A stretch of 40,398 nt of DNA from Nemertoderma westbladi (GCA_032718475.1 JAUCBJ010002114.1:1-40398), one strand, 5' to 3'. Counted from the first letter of the stretch, positions 22,851-34,924 are shown. Numbers and translations are program-made. Notes: generated by a model not told the origin, from the letters alone.

Positions 22851-25800
22851 CTTATTATCACCAAGCAATCTCTGCAATTTATCCACATCGAAATCTCTCA
22901 AATAATAAAGGCAGTCCCTTGGATGGTGAGCGTGCAACCCACCAATCTTGTTACACATATCTACAGTGCAGCGTTTAACAAACGGCTTGTTGCATCCGGA
23001 ACAGAACTCATGTTTGCACTGAGAGCACTTAAAGTGCATGCAACCCCCCCGCGCCAACTCAAAGCGCATCTTGCACTTGGGGCAGTCGATCCCGTTGGCC
23101 GCCAGATGGGCGGCGAGGCCTTCGGCTTGGAAGTCCGGATCATTCTGCCGCTGCCACGCCCCGAAATCGTCGCAACTGATCCCGTCGTGCTGCGGCGCCC
23201 ACGCTTTCTTACACCGGAAACAGAAAGCGGACCGACACGAAACGCCCGGACAGACGACCTTGAGGATGTCCGGATTCTCAATAACGAACCCGTTGTTACA
23301 CCGGGAACACCACCGGAAGTTGGGATCCTCCATTAAGTTTCGCTCCAACAACTTCTGAGCGAGCAACTCAAGCAAATTATCGTCGAGTATCTCGCGTAAC
23401 TTTTCCTGTAACAACTGGAAGTATTCGTACTCCTCCGTGTGGTTGTGCAGCTCGGGTTTATCGCAACTCGGACACACCATATTGATTATGTTCCGCTCCC
23501 TGAGAACGACGGTGAAGTATTCCTTAACGCAATCGACGCAGTAATCGCGGCATTCGCAATGCGACGAGGAGTACATGCGATGCATCGGTATGTTATCCTC
23601 GAAACATGTCTTGCACGTTTGGTTAAGGTAGGTGACGGCCCCGTCGGCGCTGGTGCACGCCTCGCTCGCCTTCAAACAATCCTCGAAGCTGTGCGAACCC
23701 ATATCCATCAGGTGTAGCAGCATATCTGTGGAGTCCACGTCGCAGTGGCACAACTCGCAAAGCGCCGCACGGAATAGGCGGTCCTGCCGTGGCCAGCGCG
23801 TGTCGCTAGCGGCGACCGTGATTGTCTCCATAACGTCCTGTCGCTCTGACGACCGCACGCTCAACAACTGAGGATCCGTAACATCCGACAAAAAGGAAGA
23901 CAAACTTTGACTCTGTAGATCGAAGATCGCGGACGAAACATTCCCGTTGAATTTCGCTAAAACCGCGTCGATATTAACGTCGTCGGATCGGATCGAATCC
24001 CGGACAGCGTCGCGGCGGCGTTCGCGCAGAGCGCGGCAATGTACCGCGGCGGCGGGCGCGTCCCCGCCGGCCAAACACAGGGCCTCGATCGCCTCCGTCT
24101 CGGAGACCTCCGTCCGGCCTTCCGGGGTCCGCAACGCCGCGTACACCGTCGTCACGGCCTCGTGCAGACCGGCTGTCACCCAGGCGACCGGGGTGGTCGG
24201 GACCAACGCAGCTAACTCCGCGATACACGAGCGCTGTTCGCCGGATCGCTCCATCGCGCGGAACGCGGACACCATATCGAGGGAGGCTGAGTCCCTCATA
24301 CGATTGCTTTCCGTGACGTCCCAGAGAGGATCCGTGACGTCACAGGGAGGGCTCGTGAAGTCACGGGGTGAGACATCGCCTGATTGTGAGTCGGAGTGAC
24401 CGGTAGGGGCGTCTTGGACCGCGGGGCAGCCGCAGGACTGGCATAGCGACAACTCGTTGCTGTTACTCAACGAACACCGATCGCAGGCCCACAAAGACGG
24501 CCGAGTGGTGGTCGGCGCGGTGGCCGCACTCTGCGCCGACTCATCGGGGCCGCGACTCGCGTCGCATAAGGCGCACCGCTCGTCGTCTATGTCGTTATGG
24601 TAGGTGCAGACGGGACAGTCCCACAGCTGCTCCTTCGGGAACAAACTCGGTAAACTGCAAAGTCTATCGGATGTTTTCCCCGACGGTTTAACAACCGCAT
24701 CTTCCGAAGGGATGAGTTTAGCAGCTAGGAAGGAGGACCGGGGTTTCGGGATCGGGGGCGTTTCATCTGAGATGGTTTGCCTGAGAGGCGGCCGGTGGGG
24801 GGAGTCGGAAGGTTTCGGAGGGAGGGAGAAGAACGACGGAAGTTCTCGACGCTCCTCGACCGCACCGCACTCGGGACACTCGATGTAGTCGCCATCCACG
24901 GCGACCTCGATCGCTTCCCCGCAGTTGTAGCAGGTAATACACTCGATGATGGAGGGACCGGGGGACATCTGGGGAACGGCGGGCGTCACTTCCGGTTGCT
25001 GGGATTTAAACAACTTGTGGGGAGGAGATAAAGGCGATGTTAAGTTCTCTTTCTCACAGAGAAGGCAAACGCCAGTGGCGGTGGGTCGCGTACAATTAGG
25101 ACATCGGTTGAGAGTGGGAGGCATGCTGGAGTGGTCGTCCAAGGGTGGCAAAGCATGGGTTAAAGGGGTTGGGGAAGGGCTGATATCGCTGGAACAGTCG
25201 TAAAATATCACGTCTGAATCGGCGGCAGAACAATCGGCAGTGGAGAACCCTGTCTCTACTGCCTCGCCGGGGTCCATTGAAGCGCCGCATTCCCGTTCGA
25301 TATCCCGGTAATCGATGGTGGAATCCAATTCCACCGATCCATCTGGGTATAGTACATCGTTTAAACTGTACCGGACATCGGCGGGTATCTGGGCTCCGTA
25401 GTAACCGAGGAACGTCGACGGGTTTGGATGTTGGCCCCCCCACGCGTAAAGAACTTCCCCCTGCGCGAGAACAATCTCCAATATGAACTCGTACACGTCA
25501 TCTTGTATAGGATAGAAATCCTCTGGAATGGACAGACCGTTGTCGATTTCCTGGCTGTACCCCAAGTCATTGAGGACACCGTAAACTCCCTGCATGAGCT
25601 TGAGTGACGAAACAAATACTGTGTTTGTGAATACTATTTTTCGCCACCCCGGGGGTTTATCGTCGGGCGCTAAACTATCCGCATAACGACGGAGTATACT
25701 CAATCCGCGCACCAGATCGCTCAGCGTTTCCTTCATAGGACACTTTAGGTTAGCTCTCAACAACAAAGGGAAGCGCAGTTTATTATAAAGATTATGAGTG

Positions 25801-25988
25801 GAACTGTAGCGAATTACATCCACTGCCATTGTTGCCAAAGTATCGTCATCTTTTATGTTTCGCATTATTAGACCTTTCAACGTATTCCTTTTCTTCAGAT
25901 AATCGACATCTCTTTGCGACGGCCGCGGTGCCGCATATATATTACCTGCCGGGAGATCGGAGTAATCTATAACTTCAATGTCACCCAT
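22851..25988 (-). CDS. RNF31: RNF31/HOIP RBR E3 ubiquitin ligase (LUBAC catalytic subunit), large coding exon of 1046 codons (spliced protein about 1163 aa)
   Basis: PUB domain (ILRRYADSL...PPGWRKIVFTNTVF...LGYSQEIDNGLSIP); two NZF fingers (WDCPVCTYHN...CALC; WACDRCSLSN...CQSC); UBA-like region; RING1; IBR (FRWCSRC...FCFRCKKAW..QH.GISC); RING2 with catalytic ARGGCMHFKC; LHAHHPRDCLYYLRD. The start Met is not certain, since it follows a CAG that could be an acceptor. Confidence 0.95.
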
Positions 25989-26891
25989 CTGGCTAATTAA
26001 ATCGTGAGAGGAATCCTACCGCCGGTACCGGTACGGTGGTTAAGGTTGTAACTTAGGTCTACCTTACTGGACTAAAGCAAAAGCAGTACAGGCTGGCAGG
26101 TACTGTTGTGTGGTATTGTTTCTGGTTAGAATTTGTTTATTAGCGGATCCAACGATAAAATATTTACATGTAAATAGTTTGGCGTTATGAGACAACTACA
26201 AGTACAACGATCACAATGTGACATAGACAATGTATTAAATATAACGCACCTTAAATAGCAATACATAGGCCTATTAAATACAAATGCAAAGTACCGTAGG
26301 CCTAGTTAGTTTTATTTAATTTTGAATCATACTTATTATTACATATATATATGTATATTATTACATACATATTATTTATTGAAATTTACTTATGTATACA
26401 ATAAAAATTAATGACAATATCCAGATATCATTATTATTATTATTATACTTATTATCATATATACCGGTATATATACTCATTAAAATACAAAAATAGAAAA
26501 AACATGAAAAATGTTATAATAAATGGGTGGTCTTTTACAGTTCAGCAATCTTCATATGGCCGTTACCAGTTACCGATAGGTGAGACAAATCAGGAGATCT
26601 GGGGCATTGAAGAACGTTCCAATTAGTCCCATTAGTCCCAAGCCCCATTAGTCAGTATGTCGGTACTTTCAATTGAAGAACGTGGTATTCGCACTCGCAG
26701 ATATTCCCAGTAAGAGTTTTGCAGTTGGTTTGGTAAGATGGCATGCGAGAGGGGAAGATGGATTGGTTGAGAGTGATAATAATTGTTTTAGAAAGTTGAT
26801 TTTATTTTGTCGATCCCTTTCAGGTTTGAAACAGTGATACGAGCTGCTATTTCTGCATAGGAGTATATATATATATATATGGTCATATTTC

Positions 26892-28740
26892 AAAATATCG
26901 AGAGTAAAAATAACGACAGTTGAAAAATATCCGAGAGTAATTATTTCAGTATTTAACGAGAGTAAAAATATCGAGAGTAAAAATAACGAGAGTAAAAATA
27001 TCGAGAGTAAAAATATCGAGAGTAAAAATATCGAGAGTAAAAATATCGAGAGTAGAAATATCGAGAGTAAAAATATCGAGAGTAAAAATATCGAGAGTAG
27101 AAATATCGAGAGTAGAAATATCGAGAGTAAAAATAACGAGAGTAAAAATATCGAGAGTAAAAATATCGAGAGTAAAAATATCGAGAGTAGAAATATCGAG
27201 AGTAAAAATATCGTTAGCAAAAATATCGAGAGTAAAAATATCGAGAGAAAAATATCGAGAGTAAAAATATCGAGAGTAAAAATATCGAGAGAAAAATATC
27301 AAGAGTAAAAATATCGAGAGTAAAAATATCGAGAGTAAAAATAACGAGAGTAAAAATATCGAGAGTAAAAATATCGAGAGAAAAATATCGAGAGTAAAAA
27401 TATCGAGAGTAAAAATATCGAGAGTAAAAATAACGAGAGTAAAAATATCGAGAGTAAAAATATCGAGAGAAAAAATATCGAGAGTAAAAATATCGAGAGT
27501 AAAAATATCGAGAGTAAAAATAACGAGAGTAAAAAAAACGAGAGTAAAAATATCGAGAGTAAAAATATCGAGAGAAAAAATATCGAGAGTAAAAATATCG
27601 AGAGTAAAAATATCGAGAGTAAAAATAACGAGAGTAAAAATATCGAGAGAAAAATATCGAAAGTAAAAATATCGAGAGTAAAAATATCGAGAGTAAAAAT
27701 ATCGAGAGTAAAAATATCGAGAGTAAAAATATCGAGGGTAAAATATCGAGAGTAAAAATATCGAGATTAAAAATATCGAGAGTAAAAATAACGAGAGTAA
27801 AAATAACGAGAGTAAAAATATCGAGAGTACAAATATCGAGAGTAAAAATATCGAGAGTAAAAATATCAAAAGTAAAAATATCGAGAGTAAAAATATCGAG
27901 AGTAAAAATATCGTTAGTAAAAATATCGAGAGTAAAAATAACGAGAGTAAAAATATCGAGAGTAAAAATATCGAGAGAAAAATATCGAGAGTAAAAATAT
28001 CGAGAGTAAAAATATCGAGAGTAAAATATCGAGAGTAAAAATATCGAGAGTAAAAATATCGAGAGTATAAATATCGAGAGTAAAAATATCGACAGTTGGA
28101 AAATATCGAGAGCGAAAATCACGAGAGTAAAAATATCGAGAGTAAAAATAACGAGAGTAAAAATATCGAGAGTAAAAATATCGAGAGTAAAAATATCGTT
28201 AGTAAAAATATCGAGAGTAAAAATATCGTTAGTAAAAATATCGAGAGTAAAAATAACGAGAGTAAAAATATCGAGAGTAAAAATATCGAGAGCAAAAATA
28301 TCGAGAGTAAAAATATCGAGTGTTGAAAAATATCGAGAGTAAAAATAACGAGAGTAAAAATATCGAGAGTAAAAATATCGCGAGTAAAAATATCGAGAGT
28401 AAAAATATCGACAGTTGGAAAATATCGAGAGTAAAAATAACAAGAGTAAAAATATCGAGAGTAAAAATATCGAGAGTAAAAATATCGAGAGTAAAAATAT
28501 CGAGAGTAGAAATATCGAGAGTAAAAATATCGAGTGTTGAAAAATAACGAGAGCAAAAATAACGAGAGTAAAAATATCGAGAGTAAAAATATCGAGAGTA
28601 AAAATATCGAGAGTAAAAATATCGAGAGAAGAAATATTGAGAGTAAAAATATCGAGAGTAAAAATATCGAGAGTAAAAATATCGAGAGTAGAAATATCGA
28701 GAGTAGAAATATTGAGAGTAAAAATATCGAGAGTAAATAT
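26892..28740. repeat. 15-bp satellite (AAAAATATCGAGAGT)n, about 120 copies
   Basis: Directly visible, with variants ATAACGAG, ATCGTTAG, 14-bp deletion units and ACAGTTG(G/A)AAAA interruptions. Confidence 0.99.
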
Positions 28741-30568
28741 ATTTACTCTCGATAATCTAGTTACTATTGAGAGTAACTATATTTTTCAAATCTCGATATT
28801 TTTCACCAACACCGCGTATAATACTGCAGGAAATACTTTCATTTGAAAGATTTCAGTTTCAATTGAGACGAGGTTAATATTTATTAAACAACCTATTATG
28901 ACGTATGCGTATGCGTAATTAAACAACCTATTAAGACGTATGTGTATTAAATTCTCGAGGTCAAGGTCAAAGCACAAGGTCGGTTACGGTTGTAAAGTAA
29001 CGCCAAGGTTGTTGTATCTATCAAGGTTGTTGTCCAAATGATTTGACCTATATCAGTATATCTGTAAATTCTAAGTTTTGTGTAGGCCTATATCTTGTGC
29101 AGAATCGGTAATATATCTCATATTTCTATCCAGCTATCAGTCTGTCAACCTGCACCTGCAAGCTGCAACTATGTCGAACTGTCGAATGCCTTTTTGAAAT
29201 CAATGAATGTGGCTTATACTGTTATAGGTCCTACGGATTTAGAGTTGGTACGAAGCATAGAACTTTCCACTTCCACAGTCAGGACAGTCTGACATACATT
29301 TTCAAAGTCTATAAATTTCTTAAGCGCCTGCCTTGCTGCCTTGTGCAGTTGTTAGTTGTGGATGTCAGGATGTGGATCGTTCAGCGCTGCAGCGATGAAA
29401 CCATCGTGATGAAAACATTGCTGCATTGAAGAGTTATTAAATATACCGCAACAAACATTAATCACAGATTCACAAGGATAAATATAAAAGTGCAAAGTAG
29501 GCCTAGTGCTGTAGTGTGCTAGTTGCCTAGTGTTATTGAAGATAGGTCTGTATTGCTGTAGGTAGCTGTATTGTACTGTTGTAGGGCAGTCTGGCAGTAG
29601 GGAAGATAAAATAAAAATATTGAGAAATTATTATATTAGGCCAGTAGGCCCTATATTATTCATAAAACCTTTTAGAAGACATACAGACATAGGCCTACCT
29701 ACAGCAGTACAGCGTACAGGCATAGTTCAATTAGGCCTATAATTCAGTAGGCCTAATTATATAGGCTAATTATTACAGTATTAGTACAAGCAAATACCAG
29801 TAAAATATAAGTCATATCATAAGTAGGCCTACTGAAGTACCGGCTGACCGGTAGGCCCTAATAATCTAGGAGGACATGAGGTTAAGCTGTTAAGTGTAAC
29901 AGCACCAACAGTGTAATGTAATTCTGTAATTGTCCAATTACCGGTACCGGTAACGGTAATCATAAAGATAAAAGTTCAAAACATAAGTTATCAGGTTATT
30001 AATAGGCCTACCTGCCTACAGTAATAATAGGCATAATCCTGTAAGACTATAGTCAGATAGTAGGCTACTATAGTACTATATATTATTATTATTATTATTA
30101 TTATTATTACACCCATAGTCAAAAATTGCACATATGAAATTTATTTCAAATAAAAAATAGATCTTTAGATAAAAATATATACAGTAACAGTAAGTAGTGG
30201 GGGAGGAGACTAACCAGGCCCGTGCACTTACGGTTAGCCATTCCATTATTTAAGTTAATTAATTTGTATACTAATCTGCTAATCGTTATAAGTACATGTA
30301 AAAGTAACTAAAAAGTATTAAATAATTAAACGTTTCCCTGATAAAAATATTTTTCTAAAAAATATTGTTAAAGATATTTTTCTACTGCCCGTACTAAAAT
30401 TGATATATTAACAATAGTATTATATATAATACCTGTAGACTAGACTGCTAGACAGTGCTAGAAGCAATGTACCGGTATGTCAGTATGTGCAATGCAAGGG
30501 AGCAAGGTAGGCCTACGGCAGTACGGTAATTGTTGAATTGTCTATGGTTAATTATGTAATTGATTGAC

Positions 30569-30752
30569 AGATTGATTCGCAATAATCTGATAATAGGCTA
30601 AATTAAAATATATACAATTTGTCTAGTGTCAGACAGTTGCAGCTTGTTGTTGCTACTTGCTGAAAGGCCTACGCGGCTGCTGCGCTACAGACTGACTAGT
30701 CAGACCGCAGGACTACCTACAATCCTACTACTGTACTACTGTAGGCAGGTAG
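30569..30752 (+). repeat. 184-bp direct repeat, copy 1 (left flank of LINE fragment)
   Basis: AGATTGATTCGCAATAATCTG...CTGTAGGCAGGTAG; identical by eye to 32180-32363. Confidence 0.95.
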
Positions 30753-32143
30753 ATTGATTGATTGAATTTTTTCCCATATAAAAAATACATACTGCACAAT
30801 ACTGAAATAATATATATAAATCACAATTTACCGGTAATTTATTTTACATTGTTTTATGTAAATTATGTAAATTAATGGATGGTATAATACATGTTTGAAA
30901 TTATATAATAAAATTGTCTTGCCTAGGTATCATAAATGGTCTAACTCTGTACAGTAGTTTACAATAAATCACGTGTACCGTATATACATACATTAAACTT
31001 GAAATAAAATAAAATTTACAGTTTAAAATATATCTGTTACGTAGCTACAGTTTAAAAAGTAGTATCACATACGTACAGTAAAATTTATTTAACAAGGTAC
31101 AATAAAATACGAACACGTAGTTTAAAACTTTTCACATATTATGTATAGTAAAATTAACCCGGAGTATCAGTACGTAACTACAGTTTAAAAAGTAGTATCA
31201 CATACATACAATGAAATTTATTTAACAAGGTACAATAAAATTTATTTAACAAGGTACAATAAAATACGAACACATAGTTTAAAACTTATCACATATGTAC
31301 AGTAAAATTAACTCGGAGTCTCAGTATAATTTTATACAATAAAGCAAGGTATACAAAATAAAACAACGTAGACAAAATAAAACAAGGTAGACATCAATAA
31401 AACAAGGTAGACAAAAATAAAACAAGGTAGACAAAATAAAACGAGGTAGACAAAAATAAAACAAGTAGAACCTTAAAATAAAAAACAAGTAGAAAATGTG
31501 CAATATTAGATTAAAATGGAGGGATAGCCTTATGAGGTTTCACCTCGTTTCCATAAGGGTCCCTGTGCTCTATGCGGCAGACAATATTATTTGCACCAAA
31601 ATTGTAATGAAAATGGAATGGCGCCAATGAAATGCTAAAAGTAACTGAAAAATACAATAAAAAATAGCAATAAATGCAATAATAAAAACACTGTAATATA
31701 TAAAATATAGCCTATAAAATAAATAATTATGAAGTTCAATAAAATACAATGTTTATAATTAATAATCATAATAAATGTATTCATTTGCATTTTCGCTTAG
31801 CAGCTGCTGTAGGTAGTAGTCTTTGAGGTTGTGTTTGAACACTTCTAAAGTTTTCACGTTCGTTAAGCTTTGAGGCAGTTCGTTCCAAATTTTTGGGCCC
31901 AAGTAAGTGAACGCTTTCTTGCCGCAAACTGTCGTACAATGGGGGAGCGCAGCTGATGACTCAGTAGAACGCAGTGAGTGTGTTTGACAACGAAGGTTAA
32001 CGAGGTCTGACATGTAATCGGGTGATATGTTGTTAACAATTTTGAACATATGTGATGCTATAACTGCCTTTATTCTTTCGTTTAGAGGGAGCCAATTTAT
32101 TTCTTTGAAGTGTTGGATTCCGATATGTTCACGAGGACCGTAA
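30753..32143 (-). mobile_element. 5'-truncated CR1/L2-group (Crack/Daphne-like) LINE: ORF2 C-terminus, ~1-kb 3' UTR, (CAAT)n tail
   Basis: FKEINWLPLNER...MFKIVNNISPDYM...HSLRS...GKKAFTYLGPKIWNELP...FKHNLK is the typical post-RT tail of this group; stop at 31759; UTR stem-loop at 31521-31563; minus strand ends AAAAAATTCAATCAATCAAT at 30753. Confidence 0.87.
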
Positions 32144-32179
32144 TAATTGATTGATTGATTGGTTGATTGATTGATTGGA

Positions 32180-32363
32180 AGATTGATTCGCAATAATCTG
32201 ATAATAGGCTAAATTAAAATATATACAATTTGTCTAGTGTCAGACAGTTGCAGCTTGTTGTTGCTACTTGCTGAAAGGCCTACGCGGCTGCTGCGCTACA
32301 GACTGACTAGTCAGACCGCAGGACTACCTACAATCCTACTACTGTACTACTGTAGGCAGGTAG
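32180..32363 (+). repeat. 184-bp direct repeat, copy 2 (right flank of LINE fragment)
   Basis: Identical by eye to 30569-30752. Confidence 0.95.
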
Positions 32364-32715
32364 GCCTACTATCCTACCACAGTACGAATTATCAAACAGC
32401 CAGACCAGAAAACTACCGCTGTACTGTAGGCCCTATCGAAAATGTGAAATGATAAAAAAAAATTATTCATCATGAACAATTTACATTCAGAAAATAGGCC
32501 TACATAAACAATAAACCTACCTACCATACAGCAGCACAGTACAGATAACAATAAGAAAAGTTTCACTTTTCAGTTTTCAGGTTTTTCAGAATAACAGTGT
32601 TAGGCCTACATAAATTTTTCTGATTTTGTTCATAACAAGGAGAGCTCTACTACATGACTGTCGCGACTGGAGCTTATATAGAATGTTTGTGAATTACGTA
32701 AGGTGATATATTTTG

Positions 32716-34924
32716 TACGGTGGCTGATTGCGGCAAATTTTCCGTTTTTATTGCATCAAAAAAATATAAAATTGTAATTCAACCAGCAATCTCCATAGAA
32801 GCCCATGCATTTTAAAAGATAAATTGTAATGCAGAAAATAATTACTATTTTAATTTTTTTATGTGCAAAAAATATGGAAATTCTAATTCATATATGAATT
32901 ACTATTTTAATTTTTTTTACATGCAAAAAAAAGATAAATACTAATTAATAAATGAATTACTATTTTAAGTTTTTTACATGCAAAAAAAAGATAAATTGTA
33001 AATGTCTGCTTGTTGCTCTGAACGTAGTGGATAAAGTGTTGACACAGGGTAATACTACATCCTGAATGAAGGGTTTGTAGACGCTACGCCGTCAACCAAG
33101 AGCCGACAACCACACCCGACGTTATTACGAACAAAATAAAGCTGGAACATGTGCTATTGACTTTCCTTCATTGTTTTGGTGCGAATAAACTTGCTACTGT
33201 AACTTGCTCCTTTCCCTTAATCTTTTAACGGTTGTGTTTCTCGGGTGTTTTCTGTCGGCCTAGCGTTTTCACCTCTGATGGACTTAGATATGAGTCTCGT
33301 GGAAGATTTAGACGATTCAGCGCTCTTGACAGAGCTTTTTTGGTCGGGTTTTACGCACCAGGAGATTCAAAGACTATTACAATCTGTTGGTGTGCGTATA
33401 TCTCAAAGATCAATAAGGCGTTATTTGAAAAATCTCAGACTAACCAAACGGTATGCCCCTTTAAACTTCAATAACATCATAGCGACAATAAGTAATGCCA
33501 TTTCAACTACAGACACCATTCACGGTAAGGGATATCGTCAGATGCAAAAGGCGTTGCAACACGACTTCCAAGTTTTCGCTCCCCGTAGTCTCGTTTGCTG
33601 ATGTTCTGGCAGTTTTACAACCGGGAAGTGTTTGCCGTCGCATAGAAGGTAGAGTTGTAAGGCGGACATATATCAAAGGGACCAAACGACCAAGGTGTAT
33701 TGTTATTTCAATGTATACTATCTACAGTATTACAATACTAACTATAATAAATAAAAATAAATTCTATGAGCTGTTTTGATTGGGGTAAACATGACCGTTA
33801 TCACACATTCGAGATAATTGAAATCGGTCCACCCTATGAGGTATACTGTAGCAGAAAGATATTATGGCTGAACAGCGACCCTTCAGATAAGGACCCCTTT
33901 ATTATTGCGAAATACTTTTTGGACTGGATAAAATTGTTTTCAGGCGTCCCCCATATTATTCGCAGTGATCGCGGCACTGAGAATGTAAATGTTGAACTTA
34001 TACAAAGATGTCTGCGACTTAATGACACGGATACCCATTCCTTAAATGATGTTGTATTTGTATTTGGGAAAAGTACACGCAATCAGAGGATCGAGAGTTG
34101 GTGGAGTAAGTTTCCGTACTAGGGATGGGGGAATGGCTATATCACTTCATTGCATTGGAGGAGGGTGGTGTTCTAGATACCTCTAGTGACCTACACCTTC
34201 AGTTAGTGCGTTTTGTATACCTGGATCTGTTACAAATAACATTGGATGCTATTCGATCTGTGGAATAGTAACAGCCTTCGGAAAAGCGGTTGCATATCGC
34301 CGCCTGGAAAACCAGACATACTATTTCTAGATGCGCCCAACTTCCCACATATTATAAACATAACATAGAGGATATAAATCCATTGGAACCTTTTGCCCTG
34401 CAACCGTTTAAATGTGACGCGAGTCTTGCGTTATTGTGTTCCGTCTATCTCAATAGCAATAACAATACCCTACCTAGCCAGTGCGAAACTTTACATGAGT
34501 GCGCTGCAACTTTAGTATATTTATTAGACCAATTGGAAACTGATATTGACTCATACATCAGTTAATTCGTATTTTGAAATTCGCTGTGATTAAGCACGAC
34601 GACAGTTTACTTAACCCCTGTATCTCTAATGCTGTTAATCTTAAATTGGTAATTAAATTTGTCTCTCGTTCCACCACAAATGTAAAAATTAGTAACAAAC
34701 TAAATAAATTAACTATAATAAGAAAGTTAAGATACAGTATAACATATTTGTAAACAAAACTAAACAATTACATCAAAACAATGAACGCAAACATTGATTA
34801 ATTAACGGGAAAATTTGCTTCCAGTCTGATGGAAAAAGTCTAAAAAACAATTAATAATATTTTATAAAAAATTATATATATTTATTTATTTTATTTATTT
34901 TCTTTATTTTATTGCCGCACCATA
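32716..34924 (+). mobile_element. Decayed IS3EU-like DNA transposon (approximate ends)
   Basis: Left TACGGTGG...TTGCGGCAAATTTTCCGTT; right AACGGGAAAATTTGC (34804-34818) and TTGCCGCACCATA (to 34924) are imperfect inverted matches with TAYGG-type termini. Three ~57-bp subterminal repeats at 32815-33000. No matching TSD seen. Confidence 0.55.
33278..34565 (+). pseudogene. IS3-related (IS3EU-type) DDE transposase/integrase-core pseudogene
   Basis: Motifs across several frames: HTH (GFTHQEIQRLL..VGVRISQRSIRRYLKNL), GYRQM, RRTY..GPND, SRKILWL, PHIIRSDRGTEN, GKSTRNQRIESWWS, GVLD...HL..VRFVY, WN...RK...PPGKPDILF. Frameshifts near 33595, 33675, 34115 and 34255; the first catalytic-Asp segment is not recognisable. 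Confidence 0.8.

Noticed and set aside
22923-25615. Overlapping plus-strand and alternate-frame ORFs within HOIP (likewise those antisense to CYP and gag)
   Set aside because: Shadow ORFs of real coding sequence, with no recognisable motifs.
26669-28846. ORFs of (SIFLL)n, (DIFTL)n, (SRYFY)n, (KNIES)n
   Set aside because: Frames of the 15-bp satellite.
29390-29432. SECIS-like ATGA...AAAA...GA pattern, or C/D snoRNA box
   Set aside because: Helix II does not pair in SECIS geometry, no selenoprotein CDS is adjacent, and no properly placed D box was seen.
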